In this document: positions 1 through 11,261 of the stretch, piece after piece | Position numbering within the stretch: position 1 is the stretch's first letter | How the letters are laid out: the number at the start of each line of letters is the position of its first letter | Origin: Anaeramoeba ignava BMAN | Taxonomy: Eukaryota > Protista > Anaeramoebae | Length of the DNA stretch: 64,000 bases | Direction: 5' to 3' | Assembly (NCBI GenBank): GCA_028826165.1 | Contig: JAPDFW010000011.1 | Coordinates: 1-64,000, forward strand | The notes under the pieces: generated by a model | Seen by the model: the letters and a program-made list of their open reading frames with translations, nothing else | What the model was told of the DNA's origin: nothing | Database searches by the model: none | Program-made: the position numbers and the translations under genes

Positions 1-1970
1 TGTGAAGATTTGTGAAAATAAGTATTCATTGATATCAGTAATTTTTATTCAAAAATCTTCAAGAAATATATTTTGATTTTATCTTTTTTTTAAGTTTCAA
101 GAAAATGGAAAAAATTCTCATAATTTCAATATTTGGTTAATTGTTTATTTGTGATATTTTGATTCAAGAAAGAAATAAATATTCAAATTATTATTTTAAG
201 TTATTGAATATATGTATCAAGTGTTTCCAATGCAAAAGTAAATTGAAGATATTTAAATAATTTTCATAAATTCTTGAAATAATAAAAATGGAAATAAGTA
301 TTTCTGTTTATGGATTAAATTGTTGAATATATGTAAGATAGATATTTTTGTTGTTGATAATAATTCAAATTCTTATTTCTTTTCATAATATAAATAAAAT
401 AAATTAATCTTGAAAAATTGTGAGATTTGAGAAATATTGATTAAATTGGAAGAAAATATTTCTGTAATGATGTAAACAGTTAGAAAGTTTGTTTTTGAAA
501 GGGAAATGAATGAAAATTGTTGTATATTCAATATTAAAAGATCAAATAAGTGTTGAAATATTTTGGAAATCAAGAATATATTTTCTTTTCTTTTTATTGT
601 AAATGTTTCAATTTGTGGATTATCTCTTAATTGTTATTCTATTTTTTCTTAATAGAAAAATCTATATTAAATAAAATTTTTTTCTTTCTTTCTTTTCTTT
701 CTTTCTTTTAAATTTCTTTTTAAAATATCCAATAATGTTAAATATCAATACTTTTCATTTAGTTCAAATATTAAAATGAATTCTGTAATAAGATCTATAA
801 AAAACAAGAGAAACAAATAAGAATTAATAAAATATTTCATGTGTTAATTATAGATTTTAAGGAAATATTTTGGTTATTAATTTAATTCCACAAATTTCTT
901 CTTCTTCTTCTTCTTTTTTTGAATAAGAAATAACATTAAAAAGAGAATATAAATGTTTTTCTTTATAATATCAATAAATAGATTATGAAAATACAGTAAG
1001 CTTGTTATTGTTTGTTTTATGTTAAATTCTTTTTTTGATTGTGAAATGTAGAATTGTTTTAAAATATCCATTTTAAGTTCTTTTTCTTCTGTAAATTATT
1101 CCATAATAATATTTGGTTTTATCTTGATATTTGATTTATTGATTTCAAATTTTTTTTCAATTAGATTCAATCTATTTTCTTTGTGTTTCTATTCAAAGAT
1201 TCTGTTTTAATATCAATTTTATCAACTGAAATATATATTTTTTTTATTGTATTATTTTTGAATTGAGAAAAGAGATATAATGTTATTGGTGAATTTTTTT
1301 TTGGTTTAATACAAAGATGAAAACTTGAATATTTATCAATTTGATTTCCTTTTTCTTTTATTATTATTATTTTTTTTGTTTTTGCAATTAAATTTTCATA
1401 ATCAAAATTAATGTAAATTTGATTTGATTTCTTTTAAATATTATGAAGAGATATATTTATTTTGTTGATTATAATTTTGTTTAAATTTCATTTCAATTTT
1501 TAAATAATTTGATAATTTAAATTATTTGTTTTTTGATAATTGAAATTTATTGTTAGATTTCTTTTTTTGTAGAAAATGTATCAATTTTTGATTTTTGATT
1601 TGGGAATTTTGTTTCATAATTTTATTCAATTAATATAATAAGTTTCATTTTCAAAATTATTTTTTTTTGAATATAAGGAAATATTTTATAAATTTTTGAG
1701 AGTTTTTATTTGATAAATTCTATTGTATTCCCTTTTCTAAATAAATAAATAAATTATTTTGGAATTTGAATTAAAAAAATTTTTAAATCAAATAAAATAA
1801 TTTACTATTGGATAATAATAATCTTCTTCAATTTTCTAAATTGTTTTAATAATTATTTCTTAAATAAAATCAACAATTTCAAATCATTTTTGAAGCAAAA
1901 ATTTGAAATTTTCTTTAATAATAATATCTAAATATTTCTTCATTTTTAATTTCTTCATTATTAATTTTAA
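1..1970 (-). pseudogene. Possible decayed coding remnants (ankyrin/BTB-like fragments)
   Basis: More complex than the flanking satellites but has only short interrupted ORFs (373-573, 877-1071). Fragments such as PNIEIMRIF and MDILKQFY..SKKEFNI only weakly recall ankyrin/BTB segments. Confidence 0.2.
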
Positions 1971-1974
1971 CATA

Positions 1975-2700
1975 TTTATATTTATTTTTAAATAAATTTT
2001 GAATTAATTTAGATAATAAAATATTTTTATAAATTATATAAATAAATTATTTTACATTTTAATTTTAATTTTTATTATTTAATTTTTTGATTAAATTTAT
2101 ATTAAAAATGTTTAAGATATTTTATTAATTATTTAATAAGTAAAATAAATAATAAAATTATATTTTATATTATTAATTTATTTCAAATTAATTTATACTT
2201 TTTAAATTTAATTAAATATTATTATTTAAAATTATTTAAAAATTATTTTATTTTTAGGAAATAAAATTAATTAAAATTTAATTTTTTGATTTAAATTTAT
2301 ATTTATTTTTAAATTAATTTTAAATTAATTTAGATAATAAAATCTTTTTATAAATTATATAAATAAATTATTTTATATTTTAATTTTAATTTTTATTATT
2401 TAATTTTTGATTAAATTTATATTAAGATTGTTTAAAATATTTTATTAATTATTTAATAAGTAAAATAAATAATAAAATTATATTTTATATTATTAATTTA
2501 TTTCAAAATAATTTATACTTTAAATTTAATTAAATATTATTATTTAAATTTATTTAATATTATTTTATTTTTGGAAATAAAATTAATTAAATTTATTTTT
2601 GATTTAAATTTATATTTATTTTTAAATCAATTTTGAATTAATTTAGATAATAAATTCTTTTTATAAATTATATAAATAAATTATTTTACATTTTAATTAA
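1975..2700. repeat. AT-rich tandem repeat, unit about 315 bp, about 2.3 copies
   Basis: The block 'aattaatttagataataaaa...taaattatataaataaattattt' recurs near 2002, 2323 and 2636. Confidence 0.8.
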
Positions 2701-2809
2701 CATTTTCTCTTTATTTTTATAATTTTGTTTTTAAAATTTTATTTGATTTTTCTTTTTTCTTTTATTTTTTAATTTAGAAAAAAACAAAAAATGAAAAAAA
2801 TGAATAAAA

Positions 2810-5800
2810 GTTTTGAAATCATTTCTTAATTAATTTTATTGCAAAATAATAAATAAATTATTATTAAAAATTAAATAAAAATAATAAATAAAATATTTTA
2901 ATTAATTTTATTTCTTTATTTTTAATATTAATAATAAATTCTTTTTAAATCATTTCTCAATTAATTTTATTGCAAAATAATAAATTAATTTATAATTAAA
3001 AATTAAATTAAATATTTATTTAATTTTTGTTTCAAATTTATTTCTTAATTTTAATAATATTTATTTAATATTAATAATAAATACTTTTTAAAATCATTTC
3101 TTAATTAATTTTATTACAAAATAATAAATAAATTATTATTAAAAATTAAGTAAAATAATAAATAAAATATTTTAATTAAATTTATTTCTTTATTTTTAAT
3201 AATATTAATTTAATATTAATAATAAATACTTTTTTAAAATTATTTTTTAATTAATTTTATTGCAAAAATAAATTAATTATAATTAAAAATTAAATAAAAT
3301 ATTTATCTAATTTTTGTTTCAAATTTATTTCTTTATTTTTAATAATATTAATTTAATATTAATAATAAATTCTTTTTAAATCATTTCTTAATTAATTTTA
3401 TTGCAAAATAATAAATTAATTATTATTAAAAATTAAATAAAATAATAAATAAAATATTTTAATTAATTTTATTTTTTATTTTTAATATTAATTTAATATT
3501 AATAATAAATTCTTTTTAAAATAATTTCTTAATTAATTTTATTACAAAATAATAAATAAATTATTATTAAAAATTAAATAAAATTTTATCTAATTTTTGT
3601 TTCAAATTTATTTCTTTATTTTTAATAATATTAATTTAATATTAATAATAAATTCTTTTTAAATCATTTTCTTAATTAATTTTATTACAAAATAATAAAT
3701 AAATTATTATTAAAAATTAAATAAAATTTTTATCTAATTTTTGTTTCAAATTTATTTCTTTATTTTTAATAATATTAATTTAATATTAATAATAAATACT
3801 TTTTGAATCATTTCTTAATTAATTTTATTGCAAAAATAATAAATTAATTATTATTAAAAATTAAATTAAATAATAAATAAAAATATTTTAATTAATTTTA
3901 TTTCTTTTATTTTTAATAATATTAATTTAATATTAATAATAAATTCTTTTTAAAATCATTTCTTAATTAATTTTATTACAAAATAATAAATAAATTATTA
4001 TTAAAAATTAAATTAAATATTTATTTAATTTTTGTTTCAAATTTATTTCTTTATTTTTAATAATATTTATTTAATATTAATAATAAATTCTTTTTAAAAT
4101 TATTTCTTAATTAATTTTATTACAAAATAATAAATTAATTATAATTAAAAATTAAGTAAAATTTTTATCTAATTTTTGTTTTAAATTTATTTCTTTATTT
4201 TTAATAATATTAATTTAATATTAATAATAAATTCTTTTTGAAATTATTTCTTAATTAATTTTATTGCAAAATAATAAATTAATTATTATTAAAAATTAAA
4301 TTAAATTTTTATTTAATTTTTGTTTTAAATTATTTCTTTATTTTTAATAATATTTATTTAATATTAATAATAAATTCTTTTTAAAATAATTTCTTAATTA
4401 ATTTTATTGCAAAATAATAAATTAATTATTATTAAAAATTAAATAAAATAATAAATAAAATATTTTAATTAATTTTATTTCTTTATTTTTAATAATATTA
4501 ATTTAATATTAATAATAAATTCTTTTTAAAATCATTTCTTAATTAATTTTATTGCAAAATAATAAATTAATTATTATTAAAAATTAAATTAAAATTTTAT
4601 TTAATTTTTGTTTTAATTTTTTTTCTTTATTTTTAATAATATTAATTTAATATTAATAATAAATTCTTTTTAAAATAATTTCTTAATTAATTTTATTGCA
4701 AAATAATAAATTAATTATTATTAAAAATTAAATTAAATAATAAATAAAATATTTTAATTAAATTTTTTTTCTTTATTTTTAATAATATTAATTTAATATT
4801 AATAATAAATTCTTTTTGAAATTATTTCTTAATTAATTTTATTGCAAAAATAATAAATTAATTATTATTAAAAATTAAATTAAATTTTTATTTAATTTTT
4901 GTTTTAAATTTATTTCTTTATTTTTAATAATATTTATTTATTATTAATAATAAAATTTGTTTTTAAAATCATTTCTTAATTAATTTTATTGCAAAAAATA
5001 ATAAATTAATTATAATTAAAAATTAAATAAAATAATAAATAAAATATTTTAATTAAATTTATTTCTTTATTTTTAATAATATTTATTTAATATTAATAAT
5101 AAATACTTTTTGAATCATTTTTAATTAATTTTATTGCAAAAATAGTAAATTAATTATAATTAAAAATTAAATTAAATTTTTATCTAATTTTGTTTTTAAA
5201 TTTATTTCTTTATTTTTAATAATATTAATTTAATATTAATAATAAATTCTTTTTAAAATAATTTTTTAATTAATTTTATTGCAAAATAATAAATTAATTA
5301 TTATTAAAAATTAAATTAAATAATAAATAAAATATTTTAATTAATTTTATTTCTTTTTATTTTTAATAATATTAATTTAATATTAATAATAAATTCTTTT
5401 TAAATCATTTCTTAATTAATTTTATTGCAAAAATAATAAATAAATTATTATTAAAAATTAAATTAAATTTTTATTTAATTTTTGTTTTAAATTTATTTCT
5501 TTTTATTTTTAATAATATTTATTTAATATTAATAATAAATTCTTTTTAAAATCATTTCTTAATTAATTTTATTGCAAAATAATAAATAAATTATTATTAA
5601 AAATTAAATAAAAAATTTTATTTAATTTTTGTTTTAAATTTATTTCTTTATTTTTAATAATATTTATTTATTATTAATAATAAATTCTTTTTAAAATCAT
5701 TTTTAATTAATTTTATTGCAAAATAATAAATAATTATAATTAAAAATTAAATAAAATAATAAATAAAATATTTTAATTAATTTTATTTCTTTATTTTTAA

Positions 5801-6870
5801 TAATATTAATTTAATATTAATAATAAATTCTTTTTAAATCATTTCTTAATTAATTTTAATGCAAAATAGTAAATAAATTATTATTAAAAATTAAATTAAA
5901 TTTTTATCTAATTTTTGTTTCAAATTTATTTCTTTATTTTTAATAATATTTATTTATTATTAATAATAAATTCTTTTTAAATCATTTCTTAATTAATTTT
6001 ATTACAAAATATTAAATTAATTATAATTAAAAAAAATTAAAATAATAAATAAAATATTTTAATTAATTTTTATTTCTTTTATTTTTAATAATATTTATTT
6101 ATTATTAATAATAAATTTGTTTTTAAAATCATTTCTTAATTAATTTTATTGCAAAAATAGTAAATTAATTATTATTAAAAATTAAATAAAATAATAAATA
6201 AAATATTTTAATTAAATTTATTTCTTTATTAATAATATTAATTTATTATTAATAATAAATTCTTTTTAAATCATTTCTTAATTAATTTTATTGCAAAATA
6301 GTAAATAAATTATTATTAAAAATTAAATTAAATTTTTATCTAATTTTTGTTTCAAATTTATTTCTTTATTTTTAATAATATTTATTTAATATTAATAATA
6401 AATCCTTTTTAAATCATTTCTTAATTAATTTTATTGCAAAATAATAAATTAATTATTATTAAAAATTAAATTAAATTTTTATCTAATTTTTTTGTTTCAA
6501 ATTTATTTCTTTATATTTAATAATATTTATTTAATATTAATAATAAATTCTTTTTAAATCATTTCTTAATTAATTTTATTGCAAAATAATAAATTAATTA
6601 TTATTAAAAATTAAATAAAAATTTTATTTTTTTAATTTTGTTTCAAATTTATTTCTTTATTTTTAATAATGTTTATTTAATATTAATAATAAATTCTTTT
6701 TTAAAATCATTTCTTAATTAATTTTATTGTAAAATAATAAATAAATTATTATTAAAAATTAAATAAAAATTTTATCTAATTTTTGTTTCAAATTTATTTC
6801 TTTATTATTAATAATAATTAATTTAATATTAATAATAAATTCTTTTTTTAAAATTATTTCTTAATTAATC
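2810..6870. repeat. AT-rich minisatellite, unit about 135-145 bp, roughly 29 copies, two internal variants
   Basis: The anchor 'atcatttcttaattaattttattgcaaaataataaa' recurs every ~140 bp. The middle of the unit is either 'aataataaataaaatattttaattaa' or 'tttttatctaatttttgtttcaaattta'. Confidence 0.9.
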
Positions 6871-6945
6871 CACTTCAAAATAAAAATTATTTTTTTTGGA
6901 AATTTATTAAATTTAATTTTTTTTTTGAGTTGTGATTTCTTGTGT

Positions 6946-9900
6946 TTAAATAAGCTTTTGGAGAGAATCTGGAAGTAAATCCTTGGGTATTTTTCCTCCA
7001 TGATATTGCTTCAAATGAAAATCAGCATCTGTTCTTTTCAATAATTGGATCATTTCTTCTGTAATGGAAGGATTTTCGCAGAGATAATGTAATGGTGATT
7101 CCTAAAAAGAAAAAAGGTGATGAATTTCTTTGAAAACGGAAAAGAAATTTGAATAATTTACATCCTATTTCATTTTAAAAAAAACGAGTTGAATTTCAGA
7201 CTTAGGAATGAAATTGCTAGCTTTTTTGTTTTACTTCCTAATTCATTTGAAAAAAATAAGAAAAAAGTGGATTGGGGAAAGTAAAAAGTTGATTTACTTC
7301 CTAATTAAATTGGCATTTCGGTAATTCTGAGAAAAATAATATCAAAAAAACCTAATTACTCCCTAATTTCGGTTTGGAAAAACAAATTTTCAAATTTAGA
7401 AAGGGATAAGAAATGGAAAATTGGTGAAAATTCTGGATTAATTTGGAAGAAAAAAATATTTTTTACTTTTTGTAAATTGAAGTCAACTTCATTATCGATC
7501 AAAATTTTAATCATATCCAGTGTGATCGAAGTATTCATGCATAAATAATGAAGGGGAGATTCCTAAAAAAAAACATACATTCATTTTGTAATTGAATTTT
7601 ATAATTTGTAGAAAAATTACTTCCTTTTTTTTTTGATGAGATGAACTCTTCCAAATTGAAATTTTTGATCATTTTAAAAAAAATTTTTTTTACAGTCTAG
7701 AAATTTAATTGGCATTCCCCATAAATTAAAAATTGTAAATTAGAATTTACTCTCTATTTTGTTTTTGGAAGAGAAAAGATTTAAATTGAAAAGCAAAATA
7801 TGCCATTTGGATTTACATTCTATTTTGAGAGAAATATAAAACGGAAACAGGGTTTTCAATTTTCCTAGTTATCAAATGATTACATACTACTCATTTTTTG
7901 AAAAAAAAAACAAATCGAAAATTAATGATTTTTTGTTTTTCGAGTTGAATTTGTGTTGATAAAACAAGATCGGTTACACTCTAATTAAGGAAGTAGAGAG
8001 AAGAAATAATTTAGAGAAAAAACAAAAAATGAATAATTTTTTATTTACATCCTATTAATTTAGATGAAATATTTTTATTTTGAAAAGAAAAAGAAGAGAA
8101 TTTTATTTTAAATTTTGAGACATTATGATGATTTACTTTCTATTGAGTTAAATTTAAATATAAGTCAAAAAAAAACATGTAAATAATATTCATTAATCAA
8201 AATTTGATTACATCCTAAAAAAAAATGATTTTTAGATTAAATGAATTATTGATATTAAAATTTTATTAAAATTTACTTTCTATCAAAATTAAAATAATTT
8301 AAGAAAATTTTGTTTTTTTAAATGTTTTTATTAAAAAAAAATTTACCACTTGAATATGGAAATCAATTCCTTTTTCAAATAAAAATTGAATAATTTCTTT
8401 TGTGATTGATTCATTTTTGCATAAATCATGTAAAGGTGTATACTTTTTAATTTATTTGATATAATATAAAATAATTTTGAGAAAGAATCTTATTATTTTT
8501 ATTATTATTATTATTATTTTTTTTACATCCTTTTTTTGTTTGTGAAATTCAAGATGAAAAAAAAAGTTTTTATTTTAATTAATTTTATTCTTTTTTACAT
8601 ACTAATAAATTTTATTATCATCATCATCATGTTTTTTTTTTGTTAGATAAATTTAATAATAAAATTTTTTTTTATTTACAAACTAAAATTAATTGATAAT
8701 AAAATCTCCTTTTTTAATAAGTTGTATTATCGATTAATTTTTGATTACACCCTTTTTCAATATTATTAAAAATTAAGAAATAAATTAAATATAAAATTAA
8801 TGTTTAAAAATATTTTATAGATATTATTATTTTTACAGACTTTTTTTTTAAACAAAAATATTATTATTATTATTATTATTTTTAGAGTTGGATATAATTT
8901 TTTTTATAAATAATATTTTTACATCCTTTTTTTTTATAAAATAATTTAATAAATTAATTTATTAAAAATAAATTATATTTTACCCACTATTGTAAAAAAT
9001 GAGTTAAATTTGATTTCTTTTTTGGAATAATTTGATAATTTTACACCCTTTTTTTATATTTCATAAATTAGAAAAAAATGATAAGCTTAAATAAAATTAT
9101 TATTGTAAATTTACAGTCTAATATAAAATAATATTGAAAATAAAACTGAATCTTTTAAAAAAAATGATGAAGAATTTTATATATAATTGAAAATTATTAC
9201 TTTCTATTTTTATTTTTAAGTTATGATGTTTTTTTTTAAAAAAATTAAAATTCAAAAAATTTACTCCACTCAAATTAAAATTAGCACCACTTTCAAATAA
9301 TAATTTAATCATATCAAAGGTAATTGATCTATTCTGACATAAATAATGAACTGGAGATAACTTTTGAAAACAAATTAAAAAAATTTGTTTATTTAGCTTT
9401 TTTTTTTAAAATTTTTGAAAAATTACTTGCTAAAAATTAATAAATTTAATTTTGAATTTTGAATAAATAAAAATTAATTAATTATGTTACTTTCTATTTT
9501 TTTGATAAAAATTGGAATAATATGAATAAAACAAAATTTATTTTTTTTCTACTTCCTATTTAATAATAAATATTGAAATTATTATTATTATTAAAATTAT
9601 ATTTTCAATTTGATTTTTTTTTTCACATTTTGTTTATTCCAATTAGTGTCTGATTTAATAAAATGATTGAAGAGATCCATATCGATTGGATTCTTTTGTG
9701 CAAAATAATGTAATAAGGTTTGTCTCTGATTTTGTTTTTTGTTTTTTTAAAAAAATAAAATTAGAAAATTTTTTGATTATAAAAAATGAGTAAATGCAAA
9801 CACCCCATTTCCTCTAAATTTTTGTGTTATAAAAAAATATAGAATAAAATGGATAAATAAAATTTTTTTTCTTTTTTTAAAGAAATTGAAAAAAAAAATA

Positions 9901-11055
9901 ATGTAAATTACAAATGTAGAATTATCAAATTCTTCTTTCAAAATTTTCAATTCTTCTTCAATTTTTTGAATGTTTAAATTATCCATTTTATTCTTTAATT
10001 CTTTAATGTTTTCTTCTTTTGGGTTATTATCTTTTTTTTCAATTGTAAAATTTGGATTATTTTGTGATTTCATCTTATCTAATTCTTGTGTAAAATCATT
10101 TAATGTGCATCGTTCTTTTGGATCTGAACTCCATCCTTTCTTAATAATTTCTGATAATCTTTGTGGGAAGTTACTTGGAAATTCTGGTCTTTTCCCATTA
10201 TAATTTTGGCAGGAATAAATATATCATTCTGATTTTGGAATGGTTCTTTCTTTGAAAAAATTGAATATAAAATCATTGATAAACTAAAAATATCACATGA
10301 AGTATCATAAACACCTCCTTTTTGGAAAAGTTCTGGTGCTGAATATCGATATGAAATTGTAACTGATGTAACTTTCAAAGTATTTTCTCTTACTTTGGAA
10401 ATTCCAAAATCAGAAATTTTGGGTTTATTATCACAAACTAATATGTTTTCAGGTTTTAAATCTCGATGAATAATTGAATTTGAATGTAAAACTCTTATTC
10501 CATCAATAATTTGTAGAGAATAATCAATTTGTTCTTCAAATGTTAAAGATGGGATTTTTTGAGTTAAATCACCTTCATTAGCGAAATCCATTATAATTCC
10601 AATTACTTTATCCATTTCAGTTTTTCCATACATTTGAATAATTGAAGGATGTTCTAATTTCATTGATAATTTAAGTTCATTTTCGAATTGTTGATGAGAT
10701 TTTTCATCAAGAAACAAATTGATTCTTTTGATAACAACATCTTTTGTATTCCATTTAGCTTTATAGATTTGAGAAAATCCACCAAGAGCAAAAGGTTTTG
10801 GTTGTACTTGCAGTTCTGATAAAGGAATGAATGGAATAATTTGTTTTTGGATTCTTTTTGAATTCTTTCAACAAGTTTCAATAAAGAAAGATTTATAACT
10901 GGTTTGAAATTATCAAAAGAAGTTCTGCAAAAAATACAATGATCAACTGTTTTTGAACAAAATTCGCAAATTGAATGGCCTTCTTGACAAACGATCATTG
11001 GTTTTCTTTCTTGAGAATAATTCTGGAAGCACATTGGACAAACTCCTGGATCCAT
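6946..11055 (-). CDS. RING finger - protein kinase - coiled coil - ankyrin repeat protein with single-codon microexon arrays
   Basis: RING: CPMC...[11 protein letters not shown]...CIFC. Kinase: [28 protein letters not shown]. Inferred exons: 11055-9912 (two 1-nt homopolymer frameshifts near 10845 and 10190), 9813-9802 (RKWG), and ANK exons 9725-9627 ([11 protein letters not shown]...WNKQN), 9360-9265 ([10 protein letters not shown]...GANFNLSG), 8442-8347 ([10 protein letters not shown]...GIDFHIQV), 7562-7467 ([10 protein letters not shown]...DFNLQK), 7101-6946 ([10 protein letters not shown]...QKLI*). All have AG/GT borders. Confidence 0.85.
7162..7362 (-). other. 3-nt microexon array 4 (G, E, E, D)
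   Basis: tag|GGA|gtaa 7362-7360; tag|GAA|gtaa 7300-7298; tag|GAA|gtaa 7237-7235; tag|GAT|gtaa 7164-7162. Confidence 0.8.
7621..8279 (-). other. 3-nt microexon array 3 (K, D, K, D, S, Y, N, R, T, E)
   Basis: AG|NNN|GTAA at 8279-8277 AAA, 8214-8212 GAT, 8139-8137 AAA, 8051-8049 GAT, 7980-7978 AGT, 7886-7884 TAT, 7819-7817 AAT, 7753-7751 AGA, 7696-7694 ACT, 7623-7621 GAA. Confidence 0.8.
8527..9203 (-). other. 3-nt microexon array 2 (K, T, G, W, D, S, G, F, Y, D)
   Basis: AG|NNN|GTAA at 9203-9201 AAA, 9117-9115 ACT, 9047-9045 GGT, 8986-8984 TGG, 8925-8923 GAT, 8839-8837 TCT, 8751-8749 GGT, 8682-8680 TTT, 8601-8599 TAT, 8529-8527 GAT. Confidence 0.8.
9427..9555 (-). other. 3-nt microexon array 1 (E, K, Q)
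   Basis: tag|GAA|gtag 9555-9553; tag|AAA|gtaa 9493-9491; tag|CAA|gtaa 9429-9427. Confidence 0.8.
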
Positions 11056-11261
11056 TATAGAATTAATTTAAAGATTAAAAGAGAAAAATGATAAAAACTT
11101 TTTTTTTGCTTTTTTTGCTTTTTTTTTTTGAATAATTTCTCACTTTCAATTTGAGAATAAATTCAAAATTAAAATTCTTTTTTGTTTTAAATAAATTGGT
11201 TGTTTTATTTGTGTTTCAAATTTTTTTTTGTTTGTTTGTTTGATAGAAAATAAAAGCTCAT

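Noticed and set aside
2810-6870. CRISPR-like array
   Set aside because: Tandem units without unique spacers, no cas genes, and a eukaryotic context.
7345-7358. Zero-length recursive splice site (TAG|GT) next to the GGA microexon
   Set aside because: It lies within a few nt of the microexon donor, too close to define an intron, and is probably chance.
7356-7538. Short ORFs 7356-7538, 9118-9312 and 9777-10073 as standalone genes
   Set aside because: They are exons of the RING-kinase-ANK gene reading through into introns.
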